Shown: positions 1 to 8,260, counted from the first letter of the stretch. The stretch: 44,172 nucleotides of DNA from Patescibacteria group bacterium (GCA_038228785.1 JBBROZ010000003.1:1-44172); one strand, 5' to 3'. Notes: generated by a model from the sequence alone, not told the origin. Numbers and translations are program-made.

Positions 1-460
1 GTCTCTTGCCACTGATCTCAGGGGTAGCTTTAAGGTTAAGCACGTCACTAAAAATCTTGCTAACCTGCTGCTCCTGGTCCGCCGACAAATTCTCCGACCC
101 AGCTGGAACGACTTTCTTTAGCTCGGCGGCTAGTTTGTACCCAGCGTCTTCGATTGAGACTATCTCATTGGCACTCCCAAGATGGGTCGGAGTATGAGCT
201 GAGGTAATATTGGCCATACCAGAAATCGGGGTTAGCACCATCGCTCCGGCCAATGCTCCGGTGGCGACTTTGCGCGCGCTGACATCACGCAAGTTCTCAA
301 GCGTGATTCCCCGGGTCTCCAAGAAATCTAAATGCGGACGGTGATTAGCCCGGACCCGAGCTCGGATATCTTTTTCGCGTTCAGCAAAGACTTTACGTAG
401 CTGATTTATATAGTAGCGCTGGGAAGGCCGGCCGCTGGTAGAGTTGTGTTGGTTAGTCAT
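1..460 (-). CDS. Hypothetical protein, partial (runs off the left edge); not in the ORF track
   Basis: The ATG at 460-458 overlaps the secD stop (TAATG). The frame stays open to the window edge: MTNQHNSTSGRPSQRYYINQLRKVFAEREKDIRARVRANH...KVATGALAGAMVLTPISG...KATPEISGKR. A basic N-region is followed by a hydrophobic segment. Confidence 0.8.
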   Translation of the reverse strand, partial: MTNQHNSTSGRPSQRYYINQLRKVFAEREKDIRARVRANHRPHLDFLETRGITLENLRDVSARKVATGALAGAMVLTPISGMANITSAHTPTHLGSANEIVSIEDAGYKLAAELKKVVPAGSENLSADQEQQVSKIFSDVLNLKATPEISGKR

Positions 461-1809
461 TAGTATTTAAGAAACATCCTTAGAAGTGTTCTAGTGACCA
501 CGATAGCTGTGAACATCGATACGGCCACCCCGATCAGAAGAGTTATGGCGAATCCCCGAACAAGGCCGGTGGTCGTATAGATAAGTATGAGTGAGGTAAC
601 GATCGTGGCGACGTTACTATCTCTGATTGAGCTCCAGGCCCGGTTGAACCCAAGCTCGGTAGCAACATCTTTGTGTTTACCAGCTCGTAGTTCCTCTCTC
701 ATGCGCTCGAATATAAGAATGTTGGCATCAACCGCCATACCAACTGACAAGATGAAACCGGCGATCCCCGCCAGAGTCAGTGTAACCGGAATTAATTTAA
801 AAATGGCCAGGACCAAAAGGGTATAGATACCTAACGCGACTGTTGCTAGGATCCCGTATCTGCCGTAATAGCCAATCATGAATAAAGCGATAACTAATAA
901 ACCAAGTAATCCGGCCATCAGACTTCGTTGGACCGGTTGCTGACCAAGCGTCGCGCCGATAGTCCGTTGTTCAGCGATTTTAATTGGAGCTTTTAAAGCT
1001 CCAGCATTTAGAAGTGTTGCCAAACGTTTAGCCTCGCTAGCGGTGAAAGCTCCATTAATTTGGACCTCTTTTCCATCGATCTTTCCCTCTACTGATGGAG
1101 CGGAGATCGTTTTTTTATCTAGGAATATTGGAACTATATTGAAAGGAGGTTGTTTGGCGGCAGCTCTTCCGGTCAACTGTGAGAACAACTCGGAACCGTG
1201 GTCCGATAAACTAAATAGAATGCAGTACTCGCCTCTGCCACAATTGTTCTTCCCTGCACCAACCTTAGCCGAAATAAGATCTCCTCCGGTCAAACCGATA
1301 TCCTTAGTAGCATCATATGGAATATCAGGGTAACTTACTATTTTAGCGGGGTCACTAATTTCCCTTATTTCTAACTCAGCCGTAGTTCCAACCAGATTTA
1401 CCGCATCATTAATGTCTTTAACTCCTGGCAACTCAACTATGATGCGGTAGTCATTACCAATCTTACTAGGTTGAATTACGGGCTCAGAAACCCCGTATTG
1501 ATCTACGCGTCGACGAATAACTTCTACATCTGAATCAAGTGCCGACTGCTGATCTTTCGAGTCTACTTTGGTCATATCGACCTGCAGTGTCAGCTGGGTC
1601 CCACCACTTAGATCTAGCCCTTGTTTGATATCAAGATCCCGCCTGACCCTAGTTCCGAAAATATCCAGATCCAGCTTGGAGGCTGGGATCACGATGTCAA
1701 CTTTGAAACTCCCAGCTTGGAATTTGATAGGGACCCTCGGCCAATCAACAAAGGCCGCGAGAAGCGTCAAAAGAATAATAAATAAGAAAAACTTACGAGG
1801 TTTACGCAT
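460..1809 (-). CDS. secD: Protein translocase subunit SecD
   Basis: Motifs GLDLSGG, RIIVELPG, IGATLG, TLAGIAGFILSVGMAVDANILIFERMREE, AWSSIRDSN and VRGFAITL. Confidence 0.96.
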   Translation of the reverse strand: MRKPRKFFLFIILLTLLAAFVDWPRVPIKFQAGSFKVDIVIPASKLDLDIFGTRVRRDLDIKQGLDLSGGTQLTLQVDMTKVDSKDQQSALDSDVEVIRRRVDQYGVSEPVIQPSKIGNDYRIIVELPGVKDINDAVNLVGTTAELEIREISDPAKIVSYPDIPYDATKDIGLTGGDLISAKVGAGKNNCGRGEYCILFSLSDHGSELFSQLTGRAAAKQPPFNIVPIFLDKKTISAPSVEGKIDGKEVQINGAFTASEAKRLATLLNAGALKAPIKIAEQRTIGATLGQQPVQRSLMAGLLGLLVIALFMIGYYGRYGILATVALGIYTLLVLAIFKLIPVTLTLAGIAGFILSVGMAVDANILIFERMREELRAGKHKDVATELGFNRAWSSIRDSNVATIVTSLILIYTTTGLVRGFAITLLIGVAVSMFTAIVVTRTLLRMFLKY

Positions 1810-1821
1810 ATATCAATTATA
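1810..1821 (-). promoter_or_regulatory. -10 box of a probable leaderless secD promoter
   Basis: TATAAT (1821-1816) lies 6 nt before the ATG, and there is no Shine-Dalgarno (SD) sequence. Confidence 0.5.
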
Positions 1822-1836
1822 AGGGGGCAGGAGAAT

Positions 1837-2412
1837 TTATCCCAGCATTTCCATCTCGTCGCCAATCAGCATCACCCTAGGCTTCTCGAGAATTCCAATG
1901 ATGAATGGGTCACGACGGGTTTTGCGGAACTGATATTCATCTTCGCTCATTACCGAATAGTTTATTTCCCGGCCCAGCTTGGACTCCTCTTCTTTAACGA
2001 TAAGCGATAATTGCGGTAAGACGACTACCCCGACCAAAAGTAGCTCCACGTCGTTAGGACCGGGCTTAAGTCCTCGCACGTAACCGCCACTTAGCATAGC
2101 GTATTTGATCTTACCTAGTCTCACTCGGTCACGGACGATATTTCCACCCATCCCGGTAGTTTTATTAACCAGACGCAGTAGCTCATCGTAAAAGATGTAA
2201 TCTTTTTTGATAGCGTAATACTTGCGATTAGCCCGCCACTCGGAGCTAAGTAAGCCGATCTTCTCCATGCGGGTTAGCTCGGCGCGAACGGCGTTTATTT
2301 GCTCCCCGATAGCCCGAACAATTTCCCTGACATAATAAATATTGTCAGGCTGGGCAAAAAAGAGCTGGAGCAGTTTGACGCGGACTTTGGACAGGAATAT
2401 TTCTTGAAGCAT
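1837..2412 (-). CDS. Winged-helix (ArsR-like) protein fused to a degenerate minimal-nucleotidyltransferase-like domain
   Basis: N-terminal SKVRVKLL...YYVREIVR...NAVRAELTRMEKIGLL...NRKYY is a wHTH pattern. C-terminal MLSGGYVRG...NDVELLLVG...REINYSVMSEDEY resembles MNT GS...DxD. Confidence 0.75.
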   Translation of the reverse strand: MLQEIFLSKVRVKLLQLFFAQPDNIYYVREIVRAIGEQINAVRAELTRMEKIGLLSSEWRANRKYYAIKKDYIFYDELLRLVNKTTGMGGNIVRDRVRLGKIKYAMLSGGYVRGLKPGPNDVELLLVGVVVLPQLSLIVKEEESKLGREINYSVMSEDEYQFRKTRRDPFIIGILEKPRVMLIGDEMEMLG

Positions 2413-2432
2413 GAACCTTCTTTCCGGGCAGA

Positions 2433-3566
2433 TTAAAAATCGATTGGTGAGCCGGGCGGGACTACCTCAATCCAAATCGAGCCTCTATTGATTGGTATTT
2501 CTTTTTCCTGGGCGTCCCAGAATGTGGTGCGCTCAGTCCTGGTTTTCTTGGTCCACGTAGCGTCGGTCTCAACTCCGTCTTGGAAGATCTTGGCTTTACC
2601 AGCTCCGGTGTCACTCATGATGATTGTTTGTTCACCGATTCTGGTGACCCCGGTTTGCATTGGGACGACCTCGACGATGATGGTTTTGGCCGAGATCCGC
2701 GTGTTAGCGTTAGCGTCAACCGCGTCAGCTCCGCCCACGCTTCTGAGGTAGGTATTAGTCGCTTGGGAGTAAGTCCAGGCTACTTTGTAGCTTACGTCAC
2801 CTAAGAATCCTAAGCGTAGCGTTTGATTGGAGGGTCGGGCTGAGGGTGTGGCTTCAGTCTTAAAGGGCCAATTGTGGAAACTAGAGCTTCCGGTAAAACC
2901 CTTCTTATCAGCGGCTTTCCATAATAGATCGGTGGAAGTGTAAACGTTATGAGGGGCGAGACGATCCGTAGTTCGTCCGTAGGTGGGGTTCCCAAGACCA
3001 AACTGATCCAGATCTTTGACACGTTCTGGAGCGATACGATCCAAGGCGTCCATATTGCCCCCGACGTGCGCGGCTAGACCGTCATACTCCTCCAACCAAT
3101 CCAAAAAATAAGTTCTGACTGAACGGATCGGACCTAAGCTGACATTGGCAGGATTAGTCAGATACATCGCGAGGTATCTAGTGATCCCACCTTCCGCCAA
3201 AGCCTCATAGACCACGTCAGCGCCTGCTAAACCCGATTGGGGACGAGAGTCGAAATGGTTTTCAATGATGACGGCGAGAGGTTTGCGGTTCTGCCAAGCC
3301 TTAGCCTCAGTGGCCGTAAAGAGCATTCCATTGATCGGCCCTGGAACATCTCTGGCCTCCTGGGGGGCTCTTACTTGAGCGGAGCTCGAAGCGGAAAAAC
3401 CGGGCTGAAGAGTGAAGTGAGGGAGATAAATGTAGTTGTAAGCCAAGGATAGCAGCGCTCCTAATCCAAGCAAACCCGCCCCGACCACGGAGTAGGCTTT
3501 AACTGCGGCTCGCCCGCGTAGGGTCGTTAATTTCTTAAACCAAGCGGAAATTCTTTCGAGTATCAT
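2433..3566 (-). CDS. DUF3048 (YerB-like) membrane-anchored extracellular protein
   Basis: Motifs PLAVIIENH..SRPQSGL..ADVVYEALAEGGITR, GPIRSVR and R.APHNVY, plus an N-terminal TM helix. Confidence 0.88.
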   Translation of the reverse strand: MILERISAWFKKLTTLRGRAAVKAYSVVGAGLLGLGALLSLAYNYIYLPHFTLQPGFSASSSAQVRAPQEARDVPGPINGMLFTATEAKAWQNRKPLAVIIENHFDSRPQSGLAGADVVYEALAEGGITRYLAMYLTNPANVSLGPIRSVRTYFLDWLEEYDGLAAHVGGNMDALDRIAPERVKDLDQFGLGNPTYGRTTDRLAPHNVYTSTDLLWKAADKKGFTGSSSFHNWPFKTEATPSARPSNQTLRLGFLGDVSYKVAWTYSQATNTYLRSVGGADAVDANANTRISAKTIIVEVVPMQTGVTRIGEQTIIMSDTGAGKAKIFQDGVETDATWTKKTRTERTTFWDAQEKEIPINRGSIWIEVVPPGSPIDF

Positions 3567-3645
3567 CTCTACTCATTGTAAGACGTTACGGCCCACATTG
3601 ACAAGCCTATTTGAAGCTAGGCTAGCTTCAGGGTAAAATATAGGT
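3567..3645. promoter_or_regulatory. Divergent sigma70-type promoters with a perfect palindrome
   Basis: Minus strand: TTGTCA(3604-3599)-18 nt-TACAAT(3580-3575). Plus strand: TTGAAG(3611-3616)-17 nt-TAAAAT(3634-3639). Palindrome TGAAGCTAG-G-CTAGCTTCA at 3612-3630. Confidence 0.6.
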
Positions 3646-3942
3646 ATGCCTAGAAAAACCCGGGAACAAAAAGTCATCGCCGATCTCCGTCGACAACTCC
3701 GCTTACGCGACGGGGTGCTAAAAGAAGCAGCCCCCAACCAGCCAGTTATAGCTGAGGCCCCAACGGTCTCCCTACCAGATCACCAGCCCGCGCCCCGGGA
3801 AGTAAAACAGCCGCTTGGGAGTACCCACCTGAAAAGAGATTTGATTAAAGTCGGAAGCCTCGTCGCAGTGGCCGTTATCTTAGAATTTATCGTAAGTTTA
3901 ACTATTACTTCCGGCGCCTTAAAGCCGCTTGGATTAAGTTAA
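3646..3942 (+). CDS. Hypothetical small membrane protein
   Basis: 98 aa with a basic N-terminus (MPRKTREQKVIADLRRQ), a Pro-rich linker and a C-terminal TM helix after LKRDLIK. A promoter lies directly upstream. Confidence 0.75.
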   Translation: MPRKTREQKVIADLRRQLRLRDGVLKEAAPNQPVIAEAPTVSLPDHQPAPREVKQPLGSTHLKRDLIKVGSLVAVAVILEFIVSLTITSGALKPLGLS

Positions 3943-3956
3943 AGGGGGTGATTTAA

Positions 3957-4103
3957 TTGACAGCCATGTATTGTGTTAAATGTCGCGAGATGCGCGAAGA
4001 CCCGAACGCTGAAGCCGTGACCATGAAGAACGGTAAGCCAGCCCAAAAAGGAAAGTGCCCGACTTGTGGTACCGGAATGTACAAGATCGGAGCCGCTAAG
4101 TAG
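3957..4103 (+). CDS. Small zinc-ribbon protein (DUF5679-like); not in the ORF track
   Basis: A TTG at 3957 (or in-frame ATG at 3966) follows a strong SD GGGGGTGA. The product is MYCVKCREMREDPNAEAVTMKNGKPAQKGKCPTCGTGMYKIGAAK*, with two CxxC pairs. Confidence 0.88.
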   Translation: MTAMYCVKCREMREDPNAEAVTMKNGKPAQKGKCPTCGTGMYKIGAAK

Positions 4104-4187
4104 AGGATTCTTGTTCGCTTCGCTCCGCACCTCAGCTTTTCTCGCGAAGCTCGAAAAGTAACCTCATTTTCTAAGTGTACACTTGAG

Positions 4188-4220
4188 AAAAGCCCCGATT
4201 GCCCGGGGTTTTTCGTTTTT
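4188..4220. terminator. Probable bidirectional intrinsic terminator between convergent genes
   Basis: AAAAGCCCCG-ATTGCC-CGGGGTTTTT followed by CGTTTTT. Confidence 0.7.
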
Positions 4221-5154
4221 ACCAGCTTCCGCTGGACCCACCCCCACCTGAACCCCCACCACCAAAACCTCCAAAGCCGTTGTCTCCTCCTCCGCTACCC
4301 CCGCCCATCCAAAAACCTCCGCCCGAATTCCACCAATTGGTGGGCTTACCCGAATCTTTAAGTTTCTGGTAATTTCGAGATAACAACCAATCTAAGAACA
4401 ATCCTAAGACTCCTAAGATTATTACTAGAGCGGCAGTGACCAGGACCAATCCTGATATGAGACCAAATATCAAACCCGCTCCCGATCCAATTAGCCCACC
4501 CATCCAAATACTCTTCGTCCGAGCTAAAAATGATCCAAGATACACTAGCGGGGTAACAATTAGCAACAAAGTCAGTATTATTCCCAACTCGCCAAAGATC
4601 GAAATGAACCCGGTAAAGAAGTTCCAGATTTTTTCGGTGGGGCCGTTATTTGCGCCAGTTGAAGTGTAATTTCCATCCAGGGAGGCCATGATAGCGGATA
4701 GACCGGAGTCTGTTCCGCTAAAATAGTCATTTTGCTTGAATTTTGGAGCAATCTGACCTCTAATAATTTCTCCGGCCCGTCCATCAGTCAGGCTTCCCTC
4801 TAGTCCGTACCCGACTTCAATGCGTATTTTTCTGTCCTCCACGGCGGCCAAGAACAAAACACCATTGTCCCGACCTTTCTTACCAATTTTCCACTCCTCG
4901 AATACCCTCACAGCAAAATCATTAATCTCCCCGCCGTTAAGATTTTTTACAAAGGCGACGGCGATTTCGTTGGTTGTTTTAGTTTGGTAATCGGTTAATT
5001 TAGACTCGAGAGCAGATTTCTGCACAGCAGTTAGAACTCCAGCGAAATCGTTGAGGTGTCCCGAGGGGGCTGAAATATGACTAGCCCAAGTGAAACTCGA
5101 AATAAATAAGACGGGTATTAAGCCGACAAAAAAACCTAACAATTTTGGGGGCAT
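4219..5154 (-). CDS. TPM domain-containing membrane protein (YgcG-like)
   Basis: Motifs NDFAGVL, W.IGKKGRDNGVLFL and IRIEVGYGLEG.LTD, TM helices, and a Gly-rich tail ending GGGGSSGSW. Confidence 0.93.
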   Translation of the reverse strand: MPPKLLGFFVGLIPVLFISSFTWASHISAPSGHLNDFAGVLTAVQKSALESKLTDYQTKTTNEIAVAFVKNLNGGEINDFAVRVFEEWKIGKKGRDNGVLFLAAVEDRKIRIEVGYGLEGSLTDGRAGEIIRGQIAPKFKQNDYFSGTDSGLSAIMASLDGNYTSTGANNGPTEKIWNFFTGFISIFGELGIILTLLLIVTPLVYLGSFLARTKSIWMGGLIGSGAGLIFGLISGLVLVTAALVIILGVLGLFLDWLLSRNYQKLKDSGKPTNWWNSGGGFWMGGGSGGGDNGFGGFGGGGSGGGGSSGSW

Positions 5155-5723
5155 TAGAATTTGACTTGAGGCGGGGTGTCAGAACCAGTCACAGTTTTGA
5201 AGTATTCGCGCACATTGTAACCAAAGATACCGGCGAACAGACGACCGGGAATTACGCTAATTGAGGTGTTATAAGACTGAACCAACTCATTGTAACGGCG
5301 CCGCTCGACTGAGATTCGGTTTTCTGTGCCCGACAGCTCGTCCATGAGACGAAGTACCGCCTGATCACTTTTAATCTGCGGGTAGTTCTCAAACACCGCG
5401 ATCAGTCTTGATAAGGAACCTTCCAGCTGATTAGCCGCGACGACCTTATCGGCAGGAGTTTTGGCGCCAGCATAAGCAGTTCTGGCATCGTTAACAGCCC
5501 CAAAAACTACCTGCTCTTGCTTTTGAATTCCTTTGACTGACTCGACGAGGTTGGGGATGAGGTCGAACCGGCGCTGGTATTGGACTTCGACCTGCTTCCA
5601 CTGACCGTCGATGCCATTAACTTTGGTCACGAAAGAATTGTAGTAACCAGCGGCCATCAACAAAACTAGGACGACTCCCCCGAGAACATAGTGACTTGGC
5701 TTTATCTGAAAAGGAAGTTTCAT
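5154..5723 (-). CDS. lemA: LemA family protein
   Basis: Motifs VEVQYQRRFDLIPNLVESVKG, ENYPQIK and ENRISVERRRYN. Confidence 0.95.
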   Translation of the reverse strand: MKLPFQIKPSHYVLGGVVLVLLMAAGYYNSFVTKVNGIDGQWKQVEVQYQRRFDLIPNLVESVKGIQKQEQVVFGAVNDARTAYAGAKTPADKVVAANQLEGSLSRLIAVFENYPQIKSDQAVLRLMDELSGTENRISVERRRYNELVQSYNTSISVIPGRLFAGIFGYNVREYFKTVTGSDTPPQVKF

Positions 5724-5735
5724 AAGTGTGATTAA

Positions 5736-5764
5736 AGTATCGTCTGGCCTGGTTGTCCTGTCAA
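5736..5764 (-). promoter_or_regulatory. Promoter of lemA-TPM
   Basis: TTGACA(5764-5759)-17 nt-GATACT(5741-5736), 12 nt before the ATG. Confidence 0.55.
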
Positions 5765-5774
5765 GCTGAGAGGA

Positions 5775-7304
5775 TCAAATAGACTCCGCTCGCGGACGGT
5801 ATTGCAAAGCTTCAGCTAAATGGCTGGTTTGGATATCTTTTTCTCCTGTCAGATCGGCGATAGTCCGAGCGACCTTGAGAACTCGGAAAAATGACCTAGC
5901 CGACAAATTAAGCCTAGTGACGGCGCCTTTAATAAGTTCTCTGGACTCAGGATTCAATCGACAATCGATCTTCACTTGAGCTGAACTGATCTCAGCATTC
6001 GACTTGAACTTAGTTTTGGCTAATCTTTTTTGTTGGATTTCACGCGCTTTTTGGACCCGGCGTCTGATTAAGATCGATTCCTCCGCCTCTGTCTCTGCGG
6101 TTAATTTATCATGCTCGACGGCGGGAACGCTGAGGTGGAGATCGATCCGATCCAAGATTGGTCCGGAAATTCTTTTACTGTAACGAGCAATCTGTGACGG
6201 GGTACATATACACATCCGTTTGGTATCCCCAAGGTATCCACATGGACACGGGTTCATAGATCCCACCATAATAAACTTGGCCGGGTAAGTAACCGATCCT
6301 TGGGCCCGGCTAACCGTGATCCGGCCGTCTTCCAAGGGCTGGCGCAAGGATTCTAGAACCGATCTTGGAAATTCCGGCAGTTCGTCTAGATGCAAAACCC
6401 CGCGGTGCGCCAAACTGACCTCGCCAGGTTGGGGTTTAGTACCTCCTCCCACTAGACCAATCGGGGAAGCGGTGTGGTGGGGCGAACGAAAAGGCCTAGT
6501 AGCGATGATCCCGTCTCCCCCAGACGTCAAACCAGCCACCGAGTAAATCTTGGTTATCTCAAGGGACTCATCCAAGGTTAGCTTAGGGAGAATCGAAGGC
6601 AAAGTTCTTGCCAAGAGAGTCTTGCCAGCTCCTGGAGGCCCAGACAGCAAAATGTTATGTCCACCAGCCGCCGCTATCTCCAGAGCCCGCTTGACTTGCT
6701 CCTGGCCTCGAATATCTTTCATATCAAACTCATAGGTTTGGTTCTTATCGAAAAGTTTAGTCGGATTTTGGTAAGGGGTTACAACGATTGGCTGGCGGCC
6801 GGAAAGATGATAGAACAGCTGTTGTAGTGACAGCACCGGAAATATATTCAAGCCCGGAACTACCGCCGCTTCCAAACTGCACCCCTCCGGCAAGAACACT
6901 TCTTTGATTTTCTTTTCTTTGGCTAGTAGGGTCAGGGATAAGCTTCCGGCCACTGGACGAACTCCTCCGTCTAGGGATAGCTCACCGAAAATAAGTTTGC
7001 CCGAGAAATCAGCCACCAGCTGTCCTGAGGCCGCCAAAATACCTAGTGCGATAGGGAGATCATAAGATGGGCCTTCTTTGGGCAAATCCGCCGGGGCTAG
7101 GTTGACGGTAATGCGTTTGGCTGGAAAATCGGCTCCGGAATTTTTTATGGCTGACCTAACCCGCTCTTTACTCTCATCAACTGCCTTATCAGGCAGTCCC
7201 ACAATCGTAAAAGACGGTAATCCGGCCGCTGCGATATCAACCTCAACGGTAATAACTTTGGCCTCCAGGCCAATTGTCGCTCCTGAGGTAACCTTAGCAA
7301 GCAT
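5775..7304 (-). CDS. comM: YifB/ComM family Mg-chelatase-like AAA+ ATPase
   Basis: Motifs VGLPDKAV.ESKERVR, NLAPADLPKEG, Walker A GPPGAGKT, RPFRSPHHT, LAHRGVLHLDELPEF and NPCPCG. Confidence 0.93.
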   Translation of the reverse strand: MLAKVTSGATIGLEAKVITVEVDIAAAGLPSFTIVGLPDKAVDESKERVRSAIKNSGADFPAKRITVNLAPADLPKEGPSYDLPIALGILAASGQLVADFSGKLIFGELSLDGGVRPVAGSLSLTLLAKEKKIKEVFLPEGCSLEAAVVPGLNIFPVLSLQQLFYHLSGRQPIVVTPYQNPTKLFDKNQTYEFDMKDIRGQEQVKRALEIAAAGGHNILLSGPPGAGKTLLARTLPSILPKLTLDESLEITKIYSVAGLTSGGDGIIATRPFRSPHHTASPIGLVGGGTKPQPGEVSLAHRGVLHLDELPEFPRSVLESLRQPLEDGRITVSRAQGSVTYPAKFIMVGSMNPCPCGYLGDTKRMCICTPSQIARYSKRISGPILDRIDLHLSVPAVEHDKLTAETEAEESILIRRRVQKAREIQQKRLAKTKFKSNAEISSAQVKIDCRLNPESRELIKGAVTRLNLSARSFFRVLKVARTIADLTGEKDIQTSHLAEALQYRPRAESI

Positions 7305-7314
7305 CTTAAATTAA

Positions 7315-7343
7315 ATTATGGGACAATTGATCTAAGCTGGCAA
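7315..7343 (-). promoter_or_regulatory. Promoter of comM
   Basis: TTGCCA(7343-7338)-17 nt-CATAAT(7320-7315), 10 nt before the ATG. Confidence 0.55.
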
Positions 7344-7345
7344 GC

Positions 7346-7813
7346 TTACTGGTACTGCGTATGACGCTCGTCGGCGCGCTTGTAGGAGTGGATCTCTTCT
7401 TTGGAAAACCAAAGGCTAATCTCTTTTTCAGCGTCCTGAGAGTGGGCCGATGCGTGAATGAGATTTCTTCCGTCACCTAAATTATGAGCTAAATCTCCCC
7501 GGATTGTCCCAGGCGCGGCTTCTTCAGGTTTGGTGGGACCGACCATTTTTCTAACGACCGCAATGACTCCCCGACCTTCTATTACCATAGCTAAGATGGG
7601 GCCTTCAGTAATTAGAGATTCCAAATCTTTGTAGAAAGGTTTATCCAGATGTTCAGCGTAGTGACGCTTACTGAAATCCCCATCAACCCAAACCATTTTG
7701 GCTCCGACAATCTTAAGTCCGGCCTTTTCGAAGCGGGTGATGATCTCCCCAGCCACGGCGCGCTGAACACCGTCTGGTTTGATCAGTACTAAACTTCGTT
7801 CAATATCATTCAT
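7346..7813 (-). CDS. ndk: Nucleoside diphosphate kinase (start moved to the ATG at 7813)
   Basis: Motifs ERSLVLIKPDGVQR, APGTIRGD and RNLIHAS with the active-site His. The longer start in the ORF track overlaps the rnpB terminator. Confidence 0.95.
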   Translation of the reverse strand: MNDIERSLVLIKPDGVQRAVAGEIITRFEKAGLKIVGAKMVWVDGDFSKRHYAEHLDKPFYKDLESLITEGPILAMVIEGRGVIAVVRKMVGPTKPEEAAPGTIRGDLAHNLGDGRNLIHASAHSQDAEKEISLWFSKEEIHSYKRADERHTQYQ

Positions 7814-7841
7814 AGGGTTCGATATTACCAGATAAGAAACC

Positions 7842-7876
7842 AAAAAAGAAACCCCCACCTTGCGGTGAGGGCTTCC
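7842..7876 (-). terminator. Intrinsic terminator of rnpB
   Basis: Minus strand GAAGCCCTCACC-GCAA-GGTGGGGGTTTC followed by TTTTTT. Confidence 0.8.
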
Positions 7877-7878
7877 AG

Positions 7879-8218
7879 TGTTCAAGCGAGACCCGTAAGC
7901 CAGGTTCTGTTTTAGTCGGTCATCTCTCTAAGTCAGACGTTTAATGGTCCAACTTCCCACCTTGCGGTGGATGCTCTCGTCTTAGCACCTAGTAGAGCTA
8001 CGTTTGCGGTGCATTCGGAGATTGCAGCTGGGTGGATTATCCGTTTCACTCCCCTTGCGGGGCATCGTCACTGTTACTCTCGAGACCTGTTAATTCAGGA
8101 CCCGTAGCCTTGCGGCTCACAAGCGGATTTCCCGTCGGGCCTTACGACCCGCACCATGCTCAATGCTGCCTGGACTTTCCTCACCGATTAGGTGCGACCG
8201 TCCGATCTCACTTGAACA
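7879..8218 (-). ncRNA. rnpB: RNase P RNA
   Basis: Universal motifs GAGGAAAGTCC and ACAGAACCTGGCTTA. The ends pair as P1 (TGTTCAAGTGAGATC / GGTCTCGCTTGAACA). GTGAAACGG is present, and the gene is flanked by a promoter and a terminator. Confidence 0.95.
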
Positions 8219-8223
8219 GGGAT

Positions 8224-8252
8224 ATTTTAACATAATTTGAGGCTGTTTTCAA
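8224..8252 (-). promoter_or_regulatory. Promoter of rnpB
   Basis: TTGAAA(8252-8247)-17 nt-TAAAAT(8229-8224), with TG upstream of the -10 box. This places the start site near 8218. Confidence 0.7.
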
Positions 8253-8260
8253 CTATAGGT

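Noticed and set aside
3939-4130. Minus-strand 63-aa ORF
   Set aside because: It is antisense to the CxxC mini-protein, which has an SD and recognisable motifs.
4219-7304. comM-lemA-TPM as a single novel system
   Set aside because: lemA-TPM pairing is common, and lemA appears to have its own promoter, so there is no evidence tying comM to it.
8032-8235. Plus-strand 67-aa ORF and the ndk extension to 7885
   Set aside because: They overlap the RNase P RNA gene and its terminator.
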